Shown piece after piece: positions 25,265-32,000 of a stretch of DNA of 32,000 nt. The DNA lies in the NCBI GenBank assembly GCA_017504605.1, contig JAFVQW010000053.1, positions 4,213 through 36,212 of the forward strand, written 5' to 3'. Below the pieces are notes generated by a model, which was not told the DNA's origin, did not search any database, and saw only the letters and a program-made list of their open reading frames with translations. Numbering within the stretch: position 1 is the first letter of the stretch; each line of letters begins with the position of its first letter. A program made the position numbers and the translations under genes. This DNA comes from Clostridia bacterium (GTDB taxonomy: Bacteria > Bacillota > Clostridia > Oscillospirales > CAG-272).

Positions 25265-26212
25265 ATGCCAGGACCCGGTGGTGGCGCAAATGGCGGCGGA
25301 TTTGGAGGAGGCTCGCGCGGCGGCGGCTTCGGCGGCGGTGGCGGCGGCTTCGGCGGAGGAGGCTTTGGCGGCGGACCGCACCGTCCACATCGACCGCACG
25401 GCTTTCACACGCCCTTTTTCTTCTTTCCGAGATACAGATATTATCACGGAGGCGGTTGCCTCGGCGGCTTTATCGGCGCGCTTATTCTGCCGATTGTATT
25501 CGTTCTCGTCTTTGCCATGGCGCTTATTATTCCCTTTACTACGGCTGTCTCTAATATTGTAAACGGCGGCTCGGTACGCTATGACGAGCGTGTTATGCAG
25601 ACCTACGGAAACGAGCAGTACGCCGCGGCGTTTGGTGACGAGACGTCAACATATGAGGAGAACATTCTTATCGTTTTCCTCGTAAACGAGGAGCGCGACG
25701 GCTATTACGTATACGCCTGTGTGGGTGACGACCTCGCGACGGACGTCAAGGCGCTCTACGGCAACGACCGTACCCCCTTTGGCGCGACGGTTCTCTCGAC
25801 CGTCAACTCAGAGTATTACGAATACTCTCTTTCCTCAAACCTTGCCGACGTTATGAATAAAATGGCAAGCGAAACGAAAAATGCGGGTGCCGTCGGCACC
25901 GAGGGGAAGAACACCTCTCGCTCTCGCCTTTACAACAAATCCTCTCTCGCGATGAATGAGTCTACGGTTACGTCGGCTCTCTTCGCCTTTACCGAGCAAA
26001 CGGGCATTTCGGCATCTATCGTCGTTGAGGATATGGAGGAGGTCTTCGGCAAGAAAATTCAGGTCGGAGATATTATGATTGTAGTCTTAATGCTCCTCAT
26101 TGTCGCGCTCACCGTCTTCCTCATCGTACGCGCTATCCGTGCGAAGAAAAACGGCGGCGGTGGCGGCTCGGGTGAGTACACCTATGAGGACGGCACCTGG
26201 AAGAAAAAATAA
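25265..26212 (+). CDS. membrane protein with Gly/Phe-rich low-complexity N-terminus, function unknown
   Basis: GGAGGA RBS. Residues 3-37 are almost only G/F/S/R, followed by PHRPHRPH, a TM helix (about aa 66-91), a soluble domain of about 175 aa, a second TM helix and a GGGGGSG tail. Confidence 0.75.
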   Translation: MPGPGGGANGGGFGGGSRGGGFGGGGGGFGGGGFGGGPHRPHRPHGFHTPFFFFPRYRYYHGGGCLGGFIGALILPIVFVLVFAMALIIPFTTAVSNIVNGGSVRYDERVMQTYGNEQYAAAFGDETSTYEENILIVFLVNEERDGYYVYACVGDDLATDVKALYGNDRTPFGATVLSTVNSEYYEYSLSSNLADVMNKMASETKNAGAVGTEGKNTSRSRLYNKSSLAMNESTVTSALFAFTEQTGISASIVVEDMEEVFGKKIQVGDIMIVVLMLLIVALTVFLIVRAIRAKKNGGGGGSGEYTYEDGTWKKK

Positions 26213-26236
26213 CCCCCAAAAATTTTAAATCAAAAA

Positions 26237-26266
26237 GCGGTGAGAGGCTCCAATGCTTCTCACCGC
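26237..26266. terminator. bidirectional terminator hairpin
   Basis: GCGGTGAGA-N12-TCTCACCGC flanked by A and T runs. The right arm overlaps the last codons of the XRE gene. Confidence 0.65.
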
Positions 26267-26478
26267 TTTTCTTTATCCTGCTCTGAGTAATTCAGTATAT
26301 CCGACACGTAGCACCCGAGGGCTCTGCAAATTCTGTCGAGAACGTATCCGTCGTATCTGGTTACGGCGTTCTTGTAATACTTATCTATAATCGGATATCC
26401 TATTCCGCTTTTTTTCGCGAGCTCATATCTCGTAATTCCGCGTTTTTCGAGATACTCGTCAAGTGTAAGCCTTATCAT
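26260..26478 (-). CDS. XRE-family HTH transcriptional regulator (72 aa)
   Basis: ITRYELAKKSGIGYPIIDKYYKN helix-turn-helix. Divergent from the SLOG gene. Confidence 0.85.
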   Translation of the reverse strand: MIRLTLDEYLEKRGITRYELAKKSGIGYPIIDKYYKNAVTRYDGYVLDRICRALGCYVSDILNYSEQDKEKR

Positions 26479-26523
26479 GCCCTCACCGTCCCTTCGTATA
26501 TATTTTATTAAAGATATACTCCC

Positions 26524-26552
26524 TTGACAATTCTCTTGTTTGAGTATATACT
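26524..26552 (+). promoter_or_regulatory. sigma-A promoter of the SLOG gene
   Basis: TTGACA (26524-26529), N17, TATACT (26547-26552). Confidence 0.55.
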
Positions 26553-26587
26553 TATATAAATATATATTTCACTTGGAGGGATTTTTT

Positions 26588-26917
26588 ATGAAATTGCTTA
26601 TAGCAGGCTCAAGAGGTATAAAAAACTTTGATTTGTCGGCACACGTGCCTTCCGACACAGAATTGATTATCACGGGTGGTGCAACAGGGGTTGATGCTCT
26701 CGCTGAGGAATATGCCGACCGACACAAAATATCCAAGCTGGTACTGTTACCAAGGTACAATTTATACGGAAAATATGCGCCTTTAAAAAGAAACGAGGAA
26801 ATGGTAGATTTAGCAGACTACGTGCTTGTAATTTGGGACGGGCACTCTCGAGGAAGTCGGCACACGATTGATTACGCGCGGAGAAAAGGAAAGGCGCTCA
26901 TAATTGTAAAGCTTTAG
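26588..26917 (+). CDS. DUF2493/SLOG-family Rossmann-like protein (109 aa)
   Basis: LIAGSRG ... ITGGATGVDALAEEYA ... APLKRNEEMV ... VIWDGHSRGSRHTIDYA matches the GSR / GGAxGxD / RNxxM pattern of this family as I recall it. Start set at ATG 26588 after GGAGGG. Confidence 0.75.
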   Translation: MKLLIAGSRGIKNFDLSAHVPSDTELIITGGATGVDALAEEYADRHKISKLVLLPRYNLYGKYAPLKRNEEMVDLADYVLVIWDGHSRGSRHTIDYARRKGKALIIVKL

Positions 26918-27013
26918 AAAAGCCGTATATTTTTTCTTTTTTTATTGACACCTTTTCATCTTTTCGTTATAATATAAGTAGCATAATTTTTTAATCAAAG
27001 GAGATTTGACAAA

Positions 27014-27496
27014 ATGAAAAAACTGTTGGCACTCTTGCTTGCTGTCGTATGCCTTTTCGCCTGCGTGTCCTGCACGCCCGCACCCAAGAAGGATTTAGCG
27101 GAGGCGAAGTCTAATCTTGAGGCAAAGAACTACGTGGTATTCCTCGACGACACGACCGACGACCCGACTGTTTCCGAGAAGCTCACCGCGACGAACGTAA
27201 ACGAGAGCCTCTATATCGTTCGCTATGCGTCGAATAAGCTTGCGAAGCTCGAGCTTCGCCGCACCGAGGCAAAGATTGATGCCCAGATAGAGGATATAAA
27301 GCTCGAAATTAAGTCCATTAAGCACATTATGAATAAGTTCGACGACGAGCTTACCACCGACGAGATGGACAAATATAAGGAGAAGCTACGCGAACGCGAG
27401 GAGGCGCTTGAGGACTTTAAGAACGTCGTCTTCGGCAGAAGCGGTAAGCTCGTTTGGTACGGAACGAAGCAGGCCATCAAGGACAGCAAAAAATAA
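27014..27496 (+). CDS. putative lipoprotein with coiled-coil C-terminal half
   Basis: Signal peptide MKKLLALLLAVVCLFACVSC with a lipobox. K/E-rich heptad-like region in the C-terminal half. AAGGAG RBS. Confidence 0.75.
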   Translation: MKKLLALLLAVVCLFACVSCTPAPKKDLAEAKSNLEAKNYVVFLDDTTDDPTVSEKLTATNVNESLYIVRYASNKLAKLELRRTEAKIDAQIEDIKLEIKSIKHIMNKFDDELTTDEMDKYKEKLREREEALEDFKNVVFGRSGKLVWYGTKQAIKDSKK

Positions 27497-27504
27497 TTAG
27501 CGGC

Positions 27505-27540
27505 AAAAAAGGCAGACGTTTGTCTGCCTTTTTTTGTTTT
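27505..27540. terminator. bidirectional intrinsic terminator
   Basis: AAAAAA-GGCAGAC-gttt-GTCTGCC-TTTTTTT. Confidence 0.8.
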
Positions 27541-27543
27541 TTA

Positions 27544-27723
27544 AATCACGCCGTAAGACAGTATGGAATTAAGCCGACGAACAGTATATGCCCTACGCGG
27601 TGAGGGCCGCGGCTCCACACAATTCGCTCTGCGAATTGATGCCATTCCCGACGAAGTCGGGATTCCATACACGCTGACGCGTGATGCCATACCAAGCCTC
27701 CTTCGTCGGCTTGGATTAAAAAT
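27544..27723. repeat. hairpin/linker array element, copy R3
   Basis: Same 5' end as R2 (AATCACGCC, 27544-27552). A 28-nt block ATACACGCTGACGCGTGATGCCATACCA (27667-27694) is 24/28 identical to 16478-16505. Same grammar of hairpin, ATGNNATA linker, hairpin, then a terminal hairpin and an A-run. Confidence 0.65.
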
Positions 27724-28548
27724 CTACTTATTCTTCCTGTACTGTAGCGGCGTAACCCCCACCTGCGCCTTGAACGCGCGGATAAAATAGTTGTAATCGG
27801 TAAAGCCGCACTCGGCGGCAATCGCGGTTATGGGCATGGTGCTGTCGCGCAGGAGCTCGCGCGCGAGCTGGGCGCGCCGCGCGAGAATGTATTTTCCGAC
27901 CGTTGTGCCGAACTCGTCACAAAATAGGCGGTAGAGCGCGTTTTTCGAAAGGAAAAACTCGGCACAAAGTGCCTCTATCGAGAGCTTCTCCTTAATATGC
28001 TCCTCTATGTATTTCTCAATCTTAACCGAAAGCATGCTTCGGTTATGCCTGACGAGGCCGTCGGCCCAGAAGCTTCTTATCAGTATAGCTAAAATCTCGC
28101 CGAGCGCCGCAAGCCTCTCGGCCGACACGACGGGAAGTGTGCCGTAGAAGCCCGCCGCCTCGTCAAGGCCGTAGGCCTCGGCGGCCGCGCGAGCGCCCTC
28201 CTCGGTGGAATATACCCCCTCGGCATCACGGAACTGCCCTATCTGCATATAGCCTATAACCGTATCCTCAAAGAGCACGGGCATTATAGTCTCCATAAGC
28301 CCAGCGTGGCAGGTGTAGGACACTATCTCGCGTGTCCTCGCCGCCCTCTCCATATGAACGAGGTTCGACAAATTGCAGTTTTTCACGCAGCCCTTCTTCC
28401 TGCGTATGGTGCTGCAATAATGCGAATACTTCGGCGAGGTGGCAACCATTTTCATTGAGGAATCGTAAAAGGTGACGGCGATTTCGGTTGAAAGATAAAA
28501 ATTCAGAAGAAGCCGTCTTATCTTCTCTCCGTTGAATATGTAATCCAT
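27724..28548 (-). CDS. AraC-family regulator with N-terminal PocR-type sensor domain
   Basis: PocR-like region (YCSTIRRKKGCVKNCNLSN...YTCHAGLMETIMPV...IGYMQIGQFR) and a C-terminal AraC double HTH (GFTDYNYFIRAFKAQVGVTPLQY). Confidence 0.88.
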   Translation of the reverse strand: MDYIFNGEKIRRLLLNFYLSTEIAVTFYDSSMKMVATSPKYSHYCSTIRRKKGCVKNCNLSNLVHMERAARTREIVSYTCHAGLMETIMPVLFEDTVIGYMQIGQFRDAEGVYSTEEGARAAAEAYGLDEAAGFYGTLPVVSAERLAALGEILAILIRSFWADGLVRHNRSMLSVKIEKYIEEHIKEKLSIEALCAEFFLSKNALYRLFCDEFGTTVGKYILARRAQLARELLRDSTMPITAIAAECGFTDYNYFIRAFKAQVGVTPLQYRKNK

Positions 28549-28691
28549 AATTCAATTATAGCGTGGCGAGTTTAAAATGTCAATAAATTTTATTCTTCGG
28601 GAAAATTATGCTATTTTTTAAAACAAAAGTCACTATAATAACCGTCGCGCGTGTGCTATTATAAAAATGCAATATATTTATGGGGGTTGTT

Positions 28692-29357
28692 ATGCCTATA
28701 CAGGAAATTTTATCGGCGGTGGCAGAGGCCTTCTCGGCCTATCGCCGCGAGTTTGCACGCGGTAAGTGCGCCTCGGAGCTCTTTGCTCCGTTTCAGTCGG
28801 TGCTTAACGCGCGCCTCGGTAAGCACAAAATAGTATACGATTACCTCCTCGGTGCCGACACCGTGAATATCGACGGTCAAACCTCGGGCTCTTATATCCC
28901 GCGCGAGGGCGATACCGTGCTTATGGATATCAGTGTCGGAGTGGGGGGCGTGTGGTGTGACGTCTGCCGCACCTTCTTCGTCGGAGAGCCGACAGAGGAG
29001 CAGACAGAGGTATTTAATCTCGCGCTCGCCTCGCTTCGCGAGGGCGCTCGGGCGCTCGGGGCGGGAGCCGCCGCGAGCGAGGTCTACTTCGCCGCGAACC
29101 GTCCCTATAGAGAGGCGGGCCGCTCGCTCGTTCACCACGCGGGACACAGAATAGGCACGGCGCCTCTTCTTCAGCCTCAGTTTCTCGAGGGCTCGGACAC
29201 GCCGCTCTCGGTTGGTGAATACTACACGGTGGAGACGGGTCTTTACTCGGGCTTTGGCCTACGGCTTGAGAACGATTATATCTTAACGGAAAACGGCGCG
29301 GAGGACCTCTTCGAGGAGCTTCTGCCGCTTAAAATAGAGGAGTATATACTGAAATGA
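28692..29357 (+). CDS. M24-family (creatinase/prolidase 'pita-bread') catalytic domain protein, no N-terminal domain
   Basis: Metal-ligand pattern D..D (MDISVGVGGVWCDVCRTF), H (HHAGHRIG), E (YTVETG) and E (LRLEND). ATG 28692 is preceded by GGGGG; the alternative ATG is at 28680. ATGA overlap with the next gene. Confidence 0.8.
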   Translation: MPIQEILSAVAEAFSAYRREFARGKCASELFAPFQSVLNARLGKHKIVYDYLLGADTVNIDGQTSGSYIPREGDTVLMDISVGVGGVWCDVCRTFFVGEPTEEQTEVFNLALASLREGARALGAGAAASEVYFAANRPYREAGRSLVHHAGHRIGTAPLLQPQFLEGSDTPLSVGEYYTVETGLYSGFGLRLENDYILTENGAEDLFEELLPLKIEEYILK

Positions 29358-30175
29358 AAAAGCATCTTTTTGGCCCATACGCCGTGCTTATGACACCCTT
29401 CGCGGGGAGCGAGGTTGACCTCGCGGCCTACGAGGCTCAGCTTATGCGCACGAGCGGAACCGGCATCTCGGGCTACGTAACCAACGGCACGACCGCCGAG
29501 TTCGTTCATCTCTCGCTTGACGAGCAGATGGCGCTCTCCGAGCTCGTTGCAAAAAAGAAGGACGCCGACAAGGAGCTCATAGTCAGCGCCTGCACGGCCA
29601 ACGCCGCCGACACCGTCCGCCTTGCAAGACACGCGGGGGAGATAGGCGCACGCGCCGTCCTCGTCTGCCCGCCCTACTATCTTAAGCACCCGAAGGCAGA
29701 GCGCGAGGCCTACTATACGGAGGTTGCCGACAAATCCCCCGTTCCCGTCGTGCTCTACAATATTCCCTTCTTCACCGAGGAGCTCGAGCTCGACGTTATC
29801 TACCGTCTCTTTAAGCACGAGAATATCATCGGCATCAAGGACAGCAGCGCTAATATGAAGCGCCTTATGCATATGGTGAACGTCACCGAGGGCAGCGAAA
29901 CGGCAATCCTCACGGGCACCGACGACATTCTTCTTCCCGCCCTCGTCGGCGGCTGTGTGGGAAGCATGACGGCTCTTGCGGCTATCTTCCCCGACAGAAT
30001 TTCCGAGCTCTACCGCGCTATCGGCGAAGGTAACCTCGCCCGTGCGAGAGAAATACAGAGCTCTCTTATGCCCACTCTGCGCGAGGCAGATGCGCCCACC
30101 TTCCCGCGAGGCTACAAGGCGCTTCTCGAGCGCGAGAGCGGAATTCCCTTTGGCGATAAGGAGGTATCTATATGA
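29354..30175 (+). CDS. dihydrodipicolinate synthase/N-acetylneuraminate lyase family class I aldolase
   Basis: TPF...GTTAEF..., YN(I)P and the Schiff-base lysine context GIKDSS. ATGA overlaps at both ends. Confidence 0.88.
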   Translation: MKKHLFGPYAVLMTPFAGSEVDLAAYEAQLMRTSGTGISGYVTNGTTAEFVHLSLDEQMALSELVAKKKDADKELIVSACTANAADTVRLARHAGEIGARAVLVCPPYYLKHPKAEREAYYTEVADKSPVPVVLYNIPFFTEELELDVIYRLFKHENIIGIKDSSANMKRLMHMVNVTEGSETAILTGTDDILLPALVGGCVGSMTALAAIFPDRISELYRAIGEGNLARAREIQSSLMPTLREADAPTFPRGYKALLERESGIPFGDKEVSI

Positions 30176-31200
30176 AGGCTGCAATGTGGCGCGGCACGAA
30201 CGATATTGAAATAGTGGACCTTCCCCTGCCCACTCTCAACGAGGGCGAGGCGCTTATCAAGGTGCGCGCGGCGGGAATATGTGCCACCGACTATCACATA
30301 ATCTCGGGCAAGCTGAAGCTCAGCCGTGCCCCTCACGTGCAGGGTCACGAGATTTGCGGCGAGGTTGTAGAAATCAACGATGCGGGCTGCACCGTTCCTA
30401 TCGGTCAGCGCTGCGTTATCGCGACCTCGGTTGGCTGCGGGCGCTGCCCCGCCTGCCGCGAGGGTAAGCAGTATCTCTGCCCCGAGGGCTCGGAAATCGG
30501 CTACTACCCCCACTCGGGCGGCTATGCCGAGTATCTGAAGGTTCCGACCTCGGCAATAGTTCCAATCCCCGACGAGGTAAGCGACAGGACGGCGGCTATT
30601 CTCGAGAGCTGTGTCTGCCCGACCGAGTCGCTTATGCGTATCGGCGTCACCCTCGGCGGTACCGTCGTGGTCTTCGGTGCGGGCCCCGCGGGTCTTGCGT
30701 TTATTAAGCTCTCGCGCATTTTGGGCGCGGCGCGCGTCGTATCGGTCGTGCGCAGTGAGCACTCCGAGGAGCGTGCGCGGGAGTTCGGCGCAACACACGT
30801 AATCAATACCAAGCTCACCGCCGACCCCGTCGGAGCACTTCTTGATATAACGGGCGGCACTCTTGCCGACCTCGTTGTCGAGGCTACGGGCGCACCCTCG
30901 GTTATCGAGAGCTCCTTCAACTACGTCAAGCGCGGCGGAGATATAATCCTCTACGGAATTCCGGGCGACGACGACGTCGTAACTATGCCGACGAAGAAAA
31001 TAGTCGTCGAGGAGATTACCGTTCACGGCGCCGTCGGCAACACTAAGGCATGGGAGCCGCTCGTCCGTATGATTGCGGCGGGCAGCCTCTCGCTCGATGC
31101 TATGGTTACGCACGAGTTTAAGCTCGAGGACATCGACCGTGCGTTTGACCTCTACCGCACACACGATAAGTCACTTATTAAAGCGATAATTAAATTCTAA
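30172..31200 (+). CDS. zinc-dependent medium-chain alcohol/polyol dehydrogenase
   Basis: GHEICGEV catalytic Zn motif, structural Zn cluster CGRCPACREGKQYLC and the GAGPAG nucleotide fold. Confidence 0.9.
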   Translation: MKAAMWRGTNDIEIVDLPLPTLNEGEALIKVRAAGICATDYHIISGKLKLSRAPHVQGHEICGEVVEINDAGCTVPIGQRCVIATSVGCGRCPACREGKQYLCPEGSEIGYYPHSGGYAEYLKVPTSAIVPIPDEVSDRTAAILESCVCPTESLMRIGVTLGGTVVVFGAGPAGLAFIKLSRILGAARVVSVVRSEHSEERAREFGATHVINTKLTADPVGALLDITGGTLADLVVEATGAPSVIESSFNYVKRGGDIILYGIPGDDDVVTMPTKKIVVEEITVHGAVGNTKAWEPLVRMIAAGSLSLDAMVTHEFKLEDIDRAFDLYRTHDKSLIKAIIKF

Positions 31201-31211
31201 AGGAGAATATT

Positions 31212-32000
31212 ATGAAAATTACAGACGTTGAGGTAATCGTTGTCCGTCAGGACGAGGTTAAAATGATTGGCGACGGAAGCCAGGACACCGCCGTTATTCT
31301 CGTGCACACCGACGAGGGCATCACGGGTATCGGAGAGGTTGACTCCTCCCCCGAGGTAGTGAAGGCAATCGTCGAGACCCCCGCCTCGCACGACCAGTGC
31401 CGCGGCCTTCGCGAAATTCTTATCGGTGAGGACCCCACTAACGTAGAGTACCTCTGGTATAAGATGTATCACTACAGCTACTACTACACGAGAAGAAGCG
31501 TTGGTATCCACGCAATGAGCGGTATCGATATTGCCCTTTGGGACATCACGGGTAAGAAGTACGGTCTGCCCGTATCTAAGCTCATCGGCGGCAGATTCAG
31601 AGATAAAATTCCCGCATACTGCTCCGTCCTTATGCCCGGCACTAAGGAGGAGATTGACGAGCTCGTCGCTCATCACAAGGCAGACTGCAACTACCACGGC
31701 TACAAGTTCGGCTGGGGCGCTCTCGGCGAGAACGAGAAGAAGGACGTACAGCTTGTCGAGTGGTGCCGCGAGGCCGTCGGCGATAACCGTCTTATGATTG
31801 ATATAGGTATGAGATGGACAGACTACAAGTACGCTCTTCGCGTTTCGAAGGAGTACGAGAAGCAGGGCATCTATTGGCTCGAGGAGCCCTTCGCACCCGA
31901 CAGAACGCCCGACTTCGGCCGTCTCTCGGACAACATCAACATCAGTCTTGCCTCGGGCGAGGAGTTCGGCACTATGTACGAGTTCCAGGATATGCTCGAT
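31212..32000 (+). CDS. enolase-superfamily (mandelate racemase/muconate lactonizing enzyme) dehydratase or epimerase, 3' end outside window
   Basis: Not in the ORF track because there is no stop. AGGAG RBS and ATG 31212, open to nt 32000 (263 codons). My translation gives MKITDVEVIVV...SGIDIALWDITGKKYGLPVSKLIGG...LMIDIG...LEEPF...ASGEE, the typical MR/MLE capping domain and metal-ligand motifs. Confidence 0.88.
   Translation, partial: MKITDVEVIVVRQDEVKMIGDGSQDTAVILVHTDEGITGIGEVDSSPEVVKAIVETPASHDQCRGLREILIGEDPTNVEYLWYKMYHYSYYYTRRSVGIHAMSGIDIALWDITGKKYGLPVSKLIGGRFRDKIPAYCSVLMPGTKEEIDELVAHHKADCNYHGYKFGWGALGENEKKDVQLVEWCREAVGDNRLMIDIGMRWTDYKYALRVSKEYEKQGIYWLEEPFAPDRTPDFGRLSDNINISLASGEEFGTMYEFQDMLD

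Noticed and set aside
25232-25447. Ala/Arg-rich minus-strand ORFs opposite the Gly-rich N-terminus
   Set aside because: They are the complement of GGC/GGA repeats, so they are compositional artefacts.
13262-27723. Prophage or integrative element spanning the accessory patches
   Set aside because: The window contains no integrase, recombinase, terminase, capsid, tail or replication genes. The two AT-rich patches are separated by host-like GC-rich genes (19401-23756).
29276-31164. 302-aa and 350-aa minus-strand ORFs (29276..30184 and 30112..31164)
   Set aside because: They are antisense to the DHDPS-family aldolase and the Zn-ADH, both of which have diagnostic motifs on the plus strand.

Overview
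GC-rich (about 60-65% G+C in core genes, strong GC3 bias) chromosomal segment that looks Gram-positive and Clostridia-like: sigma-A TTGACA-N17-TATAAT promoters, a T-box leader and lipobox lipoproteins. Core content, left to right: a 5'-truncated giant acidic protein, a lipoprotein and a MacB/FtsX-type ABC transporter; glnA; a BNR/Asp-box propeller protein; a minus-strand metY-metA-radical-SAM operon behind a Met-specifier T-box; an aldo/keto reductase; a HAD hydrolase; a PHP and metallophosphoesterase pair with an AraC regulator; and a PocR-AraC-controlled cluster (M24 pita-bread domain, DHDPS-family aldolase, Zn-ADH, enolase-superfamily dehydratase) that runs off the right edge. Two visibly AT-richer accessory patches interrupt this. 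Patch 1 (about 13.26-19.3 kb) holds an MBL hydrolase, a DmlA-like dehydrogenase and a LysR regulator bracketed by a ~100-nt direct repeat, then a hairpin/linker repeat array, a self-contained tRNA-Gln(CUG), and an XRE regulator with three small membrane proteins, two of them with zinc ribbons. Patch 2 (about 23.8-27.7 kb) holds a stand-alone Abi_2/HEPN protein, a Gly/Phe-rich membrane protein, an XRE and DUF2493/SLOG pair, a lipoprotein and a second copy of the hairpin/linker element. I saw no CRISPR array, transposase, integrase or phage structural genes. The most unusual signals are non-coding: a family of ~175-nt hairpin-linker elements (16350-16521 and 27544-27723) and the tRNA-T-arm-like direct repeats at 13262-13360 and 16252-16350. 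All calls come from reading the sequence and recalling motifs; no database search was run.
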